Assembly: GCA_028534125.1 (NCBI GenBank) | Contig: CM052818.1 | Coordinates: 20,400,001-20,464,000, forward strand | DNA from: Lama glama | Lineage: Eukaryota | DNA: 64,000 nt | Direction: 5' to 3' | Shown here: positions 36,840 to 49,450 of the stretch, piece after piece | How the letters are laid out: each line of letters begins with the position of its first letter | Position numbering within the stretch: position 1 is the stretch's first letter | Notes under the pieces: generated by a model | Databases searched by the model: none | What the model was told of the DNA's origin: nothing | What the model saw: the letters and a program-made list of their open reading frames with translations, nothing else | Program-made: the position numbers and the translations under genes

Positions 36840-39800
36840 TGTTATCTATTTAAAGTTAAAAACCAAGTAAAACTATTCTATGCCCTTGGAAGTCAAGATG
36901 GTGGGAGAAAGGGGATAGTGACAGGAAGGGGGCATGGAGGAGGTTGGGCACGTTCTGCTTCTTCATCTGGATGCTGGTCACGTGGTATATTCACTTTGTG
37001 AAAATTCAGTGAGCTGTGCAGTTATGAGCTATGCATTTTTCTGTGTGTATATGTCACTTCAATAAAAAAGCTGACATAAAATAACAAAATCAGTCATATG
37101 CAACACTGCATAGAGTAAAGCACTCAATGACGGAAACACTTAGGACACAAGAGCATGGGGAAGTCAAGTCATAATGGAACACTGGTGGAGCGAAATAATG
37201 CACCTGGCTTCAACTAGAATAAAATTCACCATCAGGGAGTCATTCAGGAGTGGGCAAAATGTAGGTCAACAAGCTGACAGCACCAGAAGATGCTGTTAAG
37301 TATTACCACCTGTGTCATTCATCTTGGCACCTAATGACATGGTGCCTTGTTTTGTTATTTAGAAGTCTGATGAGTGTTCATCTTGACTATAAGCTCCCTG
37401 AAAGCAGGGACTCTGGTGGTATTTCTGTAGTATAAACCAGAACTAGCCCAGGGCCAGCCACAGCATAACAATCAAAACCACTTGTTCAGTAACCACATAT
37501 CATAAAACTAGAATTATATGTCAATGATACAATAAATTAAATGTGTTGTCAGCTAACCCAGGGACTCAGAAATATTAGATTCTCTATCCAGGCACAACTT
37601 TATAATAAACAAAGAGCTTTGGCTTTGAAGCATGACAGATCCTGGGCAGGTTATATAATGTCCCTGGCCTCTGCTTTGCAGACTTCAAGTGAGGAGAGCA
37701 GTGACCTCATAGGGTTGCTGTAAGGGTGAAATAAATTCTGAGATAAAGCTGAGGAACACAGCAGCACACAGGCAAGGACAGTAGCTGTCTTCTCCTACAG
37801 CCCGTGTAGACTTCTGATCCTAAGCAGAAAGAAAGGTGGGAGGAGGGATCTGGGTACTTCTCCATGCTTCATTTCCTCAAACTTCCAGAAGCCAGCTCCC
37901 GGGGGGAATGCATCACACCTTTCCAACCTATCACCGAGAACACTTTTTGCAGCCTCACGTTTTTTCCATGAGCCAGATGCTTCTTCTTGATTAATTTCAC
38001 AGTTGTAGTCTTGATTAAGTTCCATTAACTCCTGAATATTTTGATACCCTAGTTGGGGCAGGGATTGGTTATAAAAAGCACAACAAAAGTCTAAGTACAA
38101 ATGTGTACTCGATGCCACATTTGAGTGTTACAAGTCTCTTCCCCAGGTCTCCCTCCATCCAGTCCCTTTCCTTTCCCTGACCCAGCGCCTGCTGAGACCC
38201 TCCTACTGTTGGAGGAGGCAGGCGTTGGGATCCTCCAGCTCTGTTGTGATTCTCAGAAGGGATACCGTGGACATTCGATGGGGAGTCCTGGGACTGAGAT
38301 CCTGTACCCTCTCCACCATCCTCTGCCTGTGAGACACTGGGCCACTGAACTCCCCTCCTCAGGCTTCGGTTCTTCTACCAGATAAATGAGGAATTGGATA
38401 CCCTGCTTCTTCTTAAGCCCAATGTCAGATCAGTTCAGTTTCTTTCATTTGCAAATGACAAGAGACCGAAAGAAGCTGCTTCAGCACCAAGGGGAATTCA
38501 CTGGGAAGACCCTGGACATTCTCATGGACTCCAAGGAGGACCTCAACCCCAAGCCATGGGAAGAGCAAAGTAGAGCAGCCCAGAACACCCCAGCCACAGG
38601 AGGTTTGGAGTGGCCCTCTCATCAGTGGGACTCAGCTCTAGGCAGTCACAGGGCTTAGAGTCAGCCAAAGATGCATGCAGTAGATTCTAGGTAGAGTAAA
38701 TCATGTGAATGATCGTGATGGTGCTACATTCCTAATCACGAGGCAGGGAGTTCATTACAGAGGAACTGCCCACTCTCCACAGAGCAAATGCAGGCATTCA
38801 AGTTGGAAGGTCGGCAGTGGGAGCTTTCCCTGGAGCCACCTGTGTGTGGGAGGGCTGCCCTGCCTCAGGGATCAATGGGTGTTCCTGTTCTCTCCAGTGA
38901 GGGGCACAGCTGTGTCCAGGGAAGGCTCTACACTTGGGTTCCAGAGACTGAGCCTACGCTTGTTTGTAAGATTTACTGAGCATTCAAGATGAGCCAGCAG
39001 GCACCGGCCTGGACCTGCTGCTCACCAACCATACCACTTGGGTCAAACTTTCTGAACACTCTAGGCCTCCACTGCCTCATTTTAAAACTGATCAGTAGCA
39101 CCAGGTCACCTCCAAATCTCTTCTCAATCCCTGTGCTCTCCAAACACTACATCTTGTCCAGCTATCTTTAGAGTCCTCCTGCCCTCACTGTGGGGCAACA
39201 CATAGAACAGTCATCAAGTGACTGATGAGGGGGATGCGAGTGTCATCTGACTGCCAGAGGAGACCAGCATCAGACCCGAAGAGCAAGAGCATGGGTCATA
39301 GCTTTCACACTGTATTTTTCAGAAACCATAACATGTCCCCTTTGGTGCATCCATTCACTGGACACTGAGTGATTTATTTATTCAACAAGCAAGTATTTGA
39401 TGCTCACTTTGGACCAGGCATTCTGCTGGGTACTGAGTAAGACCAAGGCCCCACCCTCAGGGTGCTCATGCTCTACAGGAAACGCAGACCCTCACAGTAT
39501 GGCACAGTAAGGGAGGAAGGAGCATGCTGCAGGCAGAGGGGAAGGAGCCAGGAGAAAAGGCAGTGAAAGATATAAGAGCAGGAGAAGAGATAATTGACAG
39601 AGGGAGATGGAGCAGGAAGGAAACAGTATTCCCTTCAGTTTTAGGGATGTTAAACAATTTCCAGGGCAGAAAGGACCCTTTGATAATTTGAGTCTTCTGT
39701 GTTTGGTTTCCAAAGAAGTCAGAATTAGGAGCTCTATTTGCCATCCTAACATCTGGCCACACCTCTAGACACCGCCTCCTGCTCTGAAGGGGCAGAAGTT

Positions 39801-41469
39801 CTCTGCATCTTTTCTCTGATGCTCCCTTAGTCTTGGTTTCTGCTCCCTATTGGTGGGGGTGGGGGTATGAATGGGAATTAAACATGGTTAAAAAGCCACA
39901 AAAAGGAAAGTACGCACAGAGAAAAATGATTTATATATGGGCATCTTCCGCTGGGAGAAACTGTTTCCCCATCACTCTCTGGTGTCTCAGGCTAAGGCTT
40001 AAGCACAATTCGTTTTTCACTTTTCCATTCCGATTAGCTGCATATTTTTAGCACGTGTTATATAAGGCTCATCTGCCCAAATTCGTTGGCTCGGGGCCTC
40101 TCCTTCCTTTCATTTCACTGGTGGATTGACCCGCGTGGTGGGATGACAAGTCTGTAAATAGCTTGCCGAAGGAGGGGTGGACGGAAAGAGCTCTCGAGAT
40201 GAAGTGAGTGTTTGTATTTGGCAGGCCAGGGCTAAATCCAGCCCTTCTAAAAGGGGAAAGCAGAAGAACGCACAATTCCAAATCGAACTGCAACACATTA
40301 GAAAGGACTGCTCCGCCTCCAACAAGCACGAAGACGAGAGGCCCAGCTCAGACAGGTGGGGCTCAGGCTCCCAGAGAGAGGCCCTAACTGCCCCTGACCC
40401 TGACTGAGGCTTGTAGGAGTCTGGCCACAGGTATACAATGCACCAAGGAACTCCATCAACTGCAGAATCATCGTCTAATGCTGGTTGTGCATGCAACTCT
40501 ACGTATGAGCTGCGGGCCTTTCTAGGAAAAATAAAAGCTCATCAGCGCTATCGGTGGGAGGCAGGAAAGAGCATGGAAGTGGGACTCAGAAAACTCTGCC
40601 CTTGCCCCACCTCTGCTGCCTACTTTTGTTGTTCTAGGGAAGGCACTTCACTTCTCCCGGGGTCAGCATCCTCGTGTTAAAAATATTCACATCACTTCCA
40701 GACACAGAGTTGTGGAAGGACTAAAATGGAACAAAGACTGTGCCCAGAAAAGTAAAAGGTTATATTCAAACATAAAGCATCATTGTGACGAGTCTGACCT
40801 GTAATCCATGATTATACACCTCAAGTAAAATTTGCGGAGGGCACAGGGGCTAAGCCACCTTCTCCTCCCAGAGGTCACAGTGCGGGACCAGTTCCTCTAG
40901 AATCCAGAGCCTAGAGAGGCTTGGAGGGAAGAGAGGGGGGAAACCTAGAAGTCAAGGAGTATAGGGCTGGGGTACAAATTTAGTGCCTCTGAAGAACATA
41001 CAAAAGCCAGACAGCCCTCCTCAAGACCTGGGCTCATCAGGGAACTTTCAGGTCCACTGGGACCTTTCAGGGTGTCCATCCTCTTCCTCCTTCCAAGACA
41101 TGCACCAGGCAACAGTTATCACGGAAGGCACACATCTGGATGAAGCCTTGGATAGCTCAGACTATCTGAAGTCACCACGGGAAGTCTTTCCAGAGCTAAA
41201 GAAAAATCAAGCTGTATTCTTCCTCAGCCTACATCAGCAGTCAACAGTTATATGTTTACCTATTTAAGGGGAAGGCAAATATTCAAATCCACTTCAGGAG
41301 AGAGTACCAGCCTCTCTGAGACAGAGGTGACCTGCTGCTAATCTGCAGTCCTGGAGACGAACCTCCCACCCAATACCCCTTAGCCAGAACTGCAGAATCA
41401 GTAACACCCCGCAAGCTGCGTATCTCCGGGCCGGCAGCTACACACTGGCACTTAGCACACCTGGTAGAA

Positions 41470-41710
41470 AGCTGTGGCCTCTGGGTCAGGCAAGCCTGGA
41501 TGCATGAGGCTTTCCGAGGACATTTTGAGGAAGGTATTTATTTTGTTTATGCGTCAGTTTTCAACTGTGTAAAATGGAGACAGTATTATCTGCTGCACAG
41601 GGAGGCTGTGAGGATTCAATTAGATAGGGCACATAAAAAGACATGTTTTTAAAGGTATCTAAAAAGCACGGGGCCTAGCACATGAAGCAGTGGTCAGGGA
41701 ATATTAATTT
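41470..41710 (+). mobile_element. MIR SINE
   Basis: tcagttttcaactgtgtaaaatggaga...gctgtgaggattcaattagat...gcctagcacat. Confidence 0.55.
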
Positions 41711-42029
41711 CCTTCTCTTCTCTAGGTTCCAATCCAAGGGAAATCCAACAAGATTTGCTAGTTCACAAATTACAGCTTTACCTTATATCCTTTTTCTCTG
41801 GCAACACCCCTCCCCACAACACACACACTCACTCACACAGGTATATACATTTTAGCACCTCTGACTACCCCGTGTCCTACCTTTCAGCCTAAACTTCTAA
41901 GCTCAAATTCTATTTCCAGAAACCCTTTCTGGTGACTCTGGCCAACAGGAGCCCTTCTCTGCTGAGCACTTCTATCTATGATTGTCAGCGCTTTTCACTG
42001 GATGCTCATTGGTAAGAGACACAGTGATA

Positions 42030-42080
42030 TAAAACAAACAAAACAAATCAAACAAAACAAAACAAACAAACAAAACAAAA
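42030..42080. repeat. (AAAC/AAAAC)n simple repeat
   Basis: Directly visible. Confidence 0.85.
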
Positions 42081-42261
42081 TAAACCCTGGCTTAAAAATC
42101 TGAATCCCAGCATCCATCTTTCAACTGGTGATAACAACCCCTGCTCTGCCCACCTCACGGTTTTGCTTTAGGCTCAAGTAAGGTTACTTGTATAGAAGAG
42201 CTACCTAACCTGCCAGTACTGTGTAAGTACAAGGTCTCTGCCTTTTCATTCTCATCGTTCT

Positions 42262-42565
42262 CGCCACTACAACCACAACTACCATCATTACCAACACCAT
42301 CATCAGCATTACTACATCACACACCGTATATAACCACCACCTCCATAACCATCACCTTTAACATCATTACAATTATCATCACCATCTCCATTATCATCAT
42401 AACTGCCACCACCATCATCACCACCACCATTACCATCCCTACTATCATTACTCCTACCACCATCACCACTACCACTATCATCACTACCATCACCACCACG
42501 ATCACTGCTGCCACCAACATCATCCCAGTTACCACCACCACTATCACCATCTTCACACCACACAC
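42262..42565. repeat. (CAC/CAT/TAC)n trinucleotide low-complexity tract
   Basis: Directly visible; explains the Gly/Asp- and Val/Met-rich ORFs. Confidence 0.9.
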
Positions 42566-44004
42566 AGGATCCTTGGGATGTGGGTACTCACTGAATTCAC
42601 TAGTTCCTTCCTGACCTGCTGTGTAATGGAAATGTACTTGTGTCAGACTTATCTCTAAAGGTGGTGGTTATATACGGTGGTTGCTCTGAAATGAAGAGGA
42701 TAACCCCTCTGCCCCATACATCCTTGGCCAGGGCTCCAGAGAAAGAATTCAAAATTAGCCAACCAAGTTCCCATGCATATGACTGCCAGCCCCAGCAAAC
42801 TCAGTCAGCTGCTGAGCAGCAGACTGAGAATTCATGCCTGCCAACCTTGTCATTTCTCACAGTTTCTGAGTTATTTATACTGTACAGTCTGTGCGATTCA
42901 AGTCCCATGTTTCCTGGGATGCAAGAGAAACTGGCAAAATGCTCTTCTAGAAATTCCCAACCCAAAGTGGATGGCATGGAGACTTCTAACATTCTGCCTA
43001 CGGAATTCTCCTAATCTGATTCCACCCACTTAACTTTGTCTTGACCACCCCCTCGACTGAACCCTACCCTCAGGGAAGCCCTGCCTGGGGGCCTGGAATG
43101 TCTACCCCATCATTCTGTCTGCTTATGGAAAACCTTGATGTCTGTGCCCAAATCCTGCCTTTGCTGGAGGTTAGCCCAGGCTTTCCCAGCCCTCAATGAT
43201 TGACAGCAACTTTCTCTCATCAACATCACAGACCTGAGCTCTTGAGAAAAGTTAAGCTCCGTCTAAGTGATCCTTGACCAGCCCATGAGCTCCCTGAACC
43301 TGTGCTTCAGAGTTCTTCCTTAGGTTCACTGCTGAGCTGGGTATCTCTTAGGTACACAGTAAATACCTGCTGATAATAACTGATGATAAAAAGGCAGGAT
43401 GCTTAGCAAGGTCAGGTGAAATAAGCTATCAGGACAATTTGCTCACTTACAGGGTAGGTTAGAAAGGAAAGGGGGAAAACTTCATTCTTCAGTCCAAGTC
43501 ATATGTTTCAATGAGAAACTGAGTATCTTAAAGAACATTTAAGTCCTCAGTTCTGGTTGCCCGATATCAGGCTCCCGATATTTCTCTCCACTCAAAGAAT
43601 TCAGTGAACTTACCCTTGAGGCAGGATTGGATACCTAAGACACTCAGCCAAACATCATCTGCCCTGATGCTCTTCCATGTTCCCCAGTTTCCATTCACTG
43701 AGCAACCCAAGAATTCTGGCTGCTCAGCCCTGACTTCCATGGGCCCTCAGGCTGGCCCCTTGTCTTCTCTGCTCAGAGCTGTCCACACCCCAGCTGGCTG
43801 GGACATCCAGAGCTCTGCTGGTTTTTGCACAGCCCAGGCCTGGCTTTGGTAACTGGTCTATGCCCTTCACCATATCTGCCCTCAATCCATGTTCTGCATT
43901 CAGCCTTTCTTCCCCTATCAATCAGTTTCTGGGGAACTCTTTGCTGCAATGAATATAGCATGAAAACATCCCCTTTATTCTCAGGCCAGTTAAAAAAAAA
44001 TGGT

Positions 44005-44240
44005 GTCTCTAACATTTCCTTGAGCATGTACTATTTGCCAAGTACTCTTCTAAACATTTTCTGTGTATCCAACCCTGTAAGAATTACAACAACTCCATGA
44101 AGCAGGGGGGTGGATAACAGAATTTTCCCTAGTGACTTAAATAACCAACCCAAGGGCCCCCACTGCTGAGAAGTGGCAGAGCCCTGGTCCAGTCTGGGTA
44201 GGAGGCTGCATTTCCAAGCTCTTTGCCATGCTGTCTCCAT
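44005..44240 (-). mobile_element. MIR SINE
   Basis: aacatttccttgagcatgtactatttgccaag...aagtggcagagcc; core partly deleted. Confidence 0.5.
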
Positions 44241-44779
44241 AGAACACCCACCACAGTTACAAATGCTTCCTTTCAACTGATCCCAGCAATCACGGTTTTC
44301 TTAACACGTCCTCTGCCCTCAGTCCTTCATCTCCCTATGCAAAAACAACTGGTCTGGTAATCTCACACTGAGCATGAGGACTGCTTTCTTCTGGCAGTGG
44401 ACATACTTGTTTTACCTCTTTCCAAGAAGAAGTATACTTGTTTCCCTTTGTTCCAATGATCAAGAAACCAATTACTTAGCAACTAAGATGATCAGGCGTG
44501 AAGAGTCAATTCCACTGCCTGTTCCCCACCCACAAGGAGAGGCTCCCGTCGAAGTTCCTGCAGACTTAAGTCACAGGAAGGAAGGGAGAATGTGGCCCAG
44601 GTGGTTGGGTCCATTTGTTTATTGGGAACCCAGGCCTACAGAGGGAGTGTTCACACCCTCCTCAACATCTCCAAAGAGCCTAGGACATAGCAAACTCATG
44701 TATAAACGTTGATTTACTCACACCACTCTTCTTGAAGCTTCTCCTAACCCCCTCTCTCCACACTGCCCGCTGCACCTAG

Positions 44780-45180
44780 GAATATTCTGCTCTGGTGAAC
44801 GTGGTTCCCCTCCATTCCTATTACATTCCAAGCTCATGCCAACCTCTCATCTTTGCTTACCTGGCTCCTCCTGCCTGGAATTTCCTCCCTCCTTCCCCCC
44901 TGCTCATAGAAATCCATCCTCCAAGGGTAGCTCCAGACCCACCTCCCATGGCATCTTCTCAACCCCTTGAATCCCAAGCGAGCTCTTTGCTCTGTGTTCC
45001 TAACTTGCAAAGTCTGTGCTGCAAAAGTCAGTGCTTAACTATACACCATTATACATTGTTTAATGTGTGTCTTCTCAACTAGTCTGGGGGCAGAAACCAC
45101 GTGTCTTATGTTCCTGTATCTGCCATGCCTGAACCAGGGCTGGGAACACAGGAGAGGCCATAAGCACACTTGGCTGGCTG
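44780..45180 (+). mobile_element. L2 LINE 3' fragment
   Basis: ctttgcttacctggctcctcctgcctggaat...gggcagaaaccacgtgtctt...catgcctgaaccagggctgggaacaca. Confidence 0.5.
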
Positions 45181-47328
45181 ATAGAAACCGGAGGAGCCCC
45201 TGGGCTTTGTCTGCCCTACCTCCAAGGCCCGTGTCAAAATGACAGTCTGCAGGCCAGAGTCACAGAGCCTACTGACCACTGATCCCACATGGAATCTCCT
45301 CCCCAGACCTCCAGACCCTACTCTGTGAGTCTTGGGGATGGGGGGTTCTCAGCTCTCCTCCTGGACACTGTTCTGGGCACACACACACGTTTGGGGAGGA
45401 AGGACTGTTTAAATCCTCCTGAATTATCCAGCACCCCTATCTCCAGATCTAAAAGCTGTAAAAACCACAAGAAGAGGTAAATGTGTCACAACATCAGCCC
45501 AGGGGTCCAGGGACCTTTAATTTTTGCATTTTCTGAAAGACTTTTAGTGCCAAAGTCTCACCCATATGAACTTACTGAAACGCTCTCCACCCAGGCCTAC
45601 TCCTTTAATTATTTCTCTCGATACATGTAAATAGTCACTCCGAGGAAAATTCAAAAGCAGTTTTCCTCCCCTCCATTGTAAGCACCAAGGCTCAATTTCT
45701 GCTCCTTCCCTTTATTCTGCTTTACAGGAGGTGTGTGGTATTTTCTCCCCTCTTATATCCTATAGAACTGCCAATCCCAATAAACCCAGGGATGTCAGAA
45801 CATGATTTTTTGTGCACTTATTATTTCCAATGACTAATATGTGAAGGCTGTATCCTCAAGTTTCAGGGATTTAACATAAAATCAGAGCTTCAGGAAAAAG
45901 GTTTGATGGTTCTTGGGAGCTCGAGCACATCCCAGCGCAGGATGAGACGCTTGCTTCCACTGGGCGGTCTCAACTCCATGATAATCTCCAGGCAACCAAA
46001 AGCCAGCTGCTTAGCAACACGCGCTGGAGGATCAGCCCGCGTGTCTCTATTGAAGAGCGGCTCTGGCCTGGTGGGAAGCTCAGGGTCTGAGCTGGAGGCA
46101 CCCTGGGCAGCCAGCTGCCAGGCAGAGGCCAGCCAGATGGGCTTGGGATGAAGGCAGCCCAGGAGGGAGGGTTTCATGCAGACAATCAGTAGGAGGGGAG
46201 TGGGCAGCAGGCTGTCCAAAGTTAAAGGAGGAATTCAAAATGAGGCACAGGTTACAGCTCCAGGGAGTGCTGAAGCACCTCCTTGCACTTAACTTCTTCC
46301 TCTCTGTCTTCCTCTCTAGATGCTATGCCCCTTGAGGGTGCCATGGGGATTGCTTTCAGAAAGGCTCATGGTCAGTTGGTGGCTCACCCAATACAAAAAA
46401 TTAGGGGCCTCTAGCCCAGCTCTTTCCTATTGAATCACCCTAAATATAAAGAGAGAGCTAACGGGGATTCCTGAAACCATGATTTGACAGATTTCTCTGC
46501 AGCTCCAGCTTTCCCAGATGCTGTAACGGATAGAAACAAGAATACAGGATGAGAGGGCACGTTCTGATTGTGGACAATGGAGACCTCTACCACTAACCAG
46601 CTCTGGAACTTGAGAAAAGAACTTCCCTAGCTTCATCCATAAAAGAGGGACAAGAGTGCTTGTCCTGCTCATCTCTGGGTTATTGTGAAGGTCAGATGAG
46701 AAAATATGTGTCTGGAAGAAGTTTTGCCTTTCTGTGGAGCTGGTGTGTTAATACTGTGGTAAATCAAGACAGCTGCCCTAGAAAGAGGCTAAAATGCATG
46801 GAGAGAGAGGCCAATGCATCAAACAACGTGAAACAGTCAACACGTGCAGGGCAGAGCTGCAGGACAAGGGAAGCAAGAGAGAAGACTCTTATTTTCTTAT
46901 TGCCCAGTTTACTCACCTCTTGCCTGAAAGCTGGGCAATGGGAAGTATAGGAAAAGCAACTCACACTAATCCAGAGTGTCCCTCAGAGACAGAAACTTTG
47001 TAGTAGGTCTTAACTAGTCTGTGTCCTGAACCAATTCTATGGACTTTAATGATCCAGGCCACAGCAATCCCCCAGGATCAGAGAAAACCTCAAATTGATG
47101 TCAACACTCATGCCATCTCCACCCCAGATCTTTCCACTCGACCTCCCAGAGGAACATCAGATCATTAGCAACCACATTCACAACACTGGGCTTCCTTAAG
47201 AAAAACAAGTCTCAATGAGGAAGACACCCTCTATGCAGTTTATTTTTGAGATCTCAGAACACCTACCCACCTGTAATCTCTTTTGAACCTGAGTCATTTT
47301 CTCCATATAAGGGCACATACGGATAGAA

Positions 47329-47476
47329 TTTTTTCTTTTTCCATGGAAGTATAGTTGATTTACAATGTTGTGTTAGTTTCAGGTGGACAGCAAACTGATT
47401 CAGTTATACATATATATTCTTTTACAGTTTCTTTTTCATCATAGGTTATTACAAGATAATGAATATAGTTCCCTTA
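47329..47476 (-). mobile_element. Short cetartiodactyl-type L1 3' end
   Basis: gaagtatagttgatttacaatgttgtgttagtttcaggt...cagcaaactgattcagttatacatata...ataggttattacaagata; same family as the 16912 copy. Confidence 0.8.
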
Positions 47477-47799
47477 TGTGGATATTTTTTATAATTATAA
47501 TTCTATGCTCAATTCTAAACCAAATATTAAAAACCATCTGCCTGCTTTACTATACAACCAAATTAACTCAGTGCAATGCAATAAATATGTATTGAGCCCT
47601 TTCCATAAGCCAGCAGGCATCACACCAGGAGACACCAAAATGAAGACAACCTTAGTTCTCCCCTCAGAGGTCTCACAGAAGGACCATGACCTGATGGCAT
47701 TTGTAACTTCATCTTTGTAATAAAATGGGGTGTGTGCAAAGCCATGATGTTTGATCAGCACACAGAGGTAACTGAACAAAGTTGCTCATGGTCAGAAAC

Positions 47800-48045
47800 A
47801 GTGGGTCCAGGGGCTCTGGCCACTAGGACCACCTTGTCAATTTCTTCCAGCTCTACCACTTACCAGCCATATGACCTTGGGCAAATGACCCAATCACTTG
47901 TGCCTGAGTTTCCTAATGGCAAAAATGGGTATAGTAATAGCAAATAACTCATTGGCTTGTTGTGAGGAACAAAAAAGCTAATACGTACAAAACTTACAAA
48001 ACAGTGCCTGACCTGGAATAAGTGCTCAATTAAAGTCAAACAATC
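47800..48045 (+). mobile_element. MIR SINE
   Basis: ccagctctaccacttaccagc...tgaccttgggcaaatgac...tgcctgagtttcct...aaaatggg...gttgtgagg...acagtgcctgac...taagtgctcaat. Confidence 0.8.
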
Positions 48046-48576
48046 ATCATTTCCTCATCTTTTCTTTTAAGAGGACCCTGCCAACCCTTTTTATGACACT
48101 GTACCTTATTTTTATTTTCTATAATCCTTGGCCACAGTATCTCTCAGAAGCTGTAAGAATTCCAGCAACTCCCACTCTGCAGACATTGCCCCCTGGGCAC
48201 CACGTCTATACTTTGCAAGAACTTCAGGAATTCTTCTTGGGGCTTTGCCATGTAAAATACCCGCTGCTGCCTCCAATCCCAACACCTTTCTCTGGCCCAT
48301 ATTCTTCAGCCTCCTTTGGTTCACTAAAGACCTCTGCCTAATCCAGCTATTGTATGACAATATTTTTTAGTAAACTTTTTAGGGTAGGGCCATTTGTAGA
48401 CTTCCTTGCATCTCACTTATGCCCTACAGTGTGTGAGCCTCCCCTCAGCTCAGCAGAGAAGAGCTGAGAGCCTGGCTGGTGGTTGGGAATGCCTAACTAC
48501 AGGCCTGTGCTTGGGGTAGGGGAGGGGGAGAAGAGGCAGGACAGAAGGGATAGGAGGGAGGCAGGGACATTGGGTG

Positions 48577-49450
48577 GTTTTTTAAAAAAACAACTTTATT
48601 GAGCTGTACACCTGGCCCTCAGTATTCATGGGGGATTGATACCAGGACCCATCACAGATACCAAAATCCTTGCATACCCGAGTTCCTTATGCAATATGGC
48701 ATGGTACAGTTGGCCCTCTGTATCCAGAGAGATCCTGCTTCCATCAATTTAACCAACTGAGAATAGAATTTCTGATTGCTTAGTTGAATTTGAGGATATG
48801 GAGCCCTATTCCCTCCACCCCACCACATGAAAGGCCAACTGTAATTCACATACCATGAGTTCACTCATTTTATCTGTAAAATGCAATGGGTTTTGTTTTA
48901 GTATATTTACAGATACATGCAATCATAACCACAGTCCATTTTAGAACACTTTCATCACCTCAAAAAGATCCTATCTTTTAACTATCACCCCAATCCTCCA
49001 ATTCCCACATCCAGTTCAGGCAACCACTTTATCTGTTTTTCTGTCTCTACAGACCTCCCTATTCTGGACATTTCATATGAGCAAAATCATGCAACACAAG
49101 GTCTTTCGTGTCTGACTTCTATTTAATTACACACAACATTCAAGGCTCATCCATGATGTCGTGTGTATCAGTACTTCATTCCTTTTATGGCTCCATAATA
49201 TTTCCTTGTACAAATATTCCACATTTCATTCATCCACTCAACAGTTGGTGGACTTTTGGGTCATTTCTGCTTTTTGGCTATTATGAAGAATGCTGTTGGA
49301 AACAAATTTTGTGTGAACATATGTTCTCATTTCTCTCAGGAACATACCTAGGAGTGGAACCACCGGGTCAGATGGTAACTCTGTGTATAATCATTTGAGG
49401 GACTACCAGACTATTTTTCAAAATAGCTCCATCATTTTACATTCCCCTAG
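48577..49450 (-). mobile_element. L1MB-like 3' region (antisense) interrupted by a Tigger MITE
   Basis: aactttattgagctg[TA insertion TA]attcacataccat...ttttagaacactttcatcacc...ctattctggacatttcatatga...atacctaggagtggaa...tttgagggactaccagact. Confidence 0.85.
48609..48841. mobile_element. TcMar-Tigger non-autonomous element (MER2-like) with intact TA target-site duplication
   Basis: TA (48607-48608), cacctggccctc...ggccaactg, TA (48842-48843). Body ggggattgataccaggaccc...gataccaaaatcc is MER2-like. Confidence 0.8.

Larger units (their letters stand above)
35300..37080 (+). mobile_element. Old L1 (L1M) ORF2-3' UTR host element with two nested insertions
   Basis: aaagcttttggaagaaaac, aaagagtgaaaaggcaagccacag, atgcaaattaaaa. 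Resumes at ~36190 (ccattagaa...ttggtgggagagtaaa...cagcaatcccattcctagg) and ends ttcactttgtgaaaattc...cttcaataaaaa. Confidence 0.8.

Noticed and set aside
42312..42565. Gly/Asp-rich and Val/Met-rich ORFs
   Set aside because: Translations of a trinucleotide low-complexity tract.
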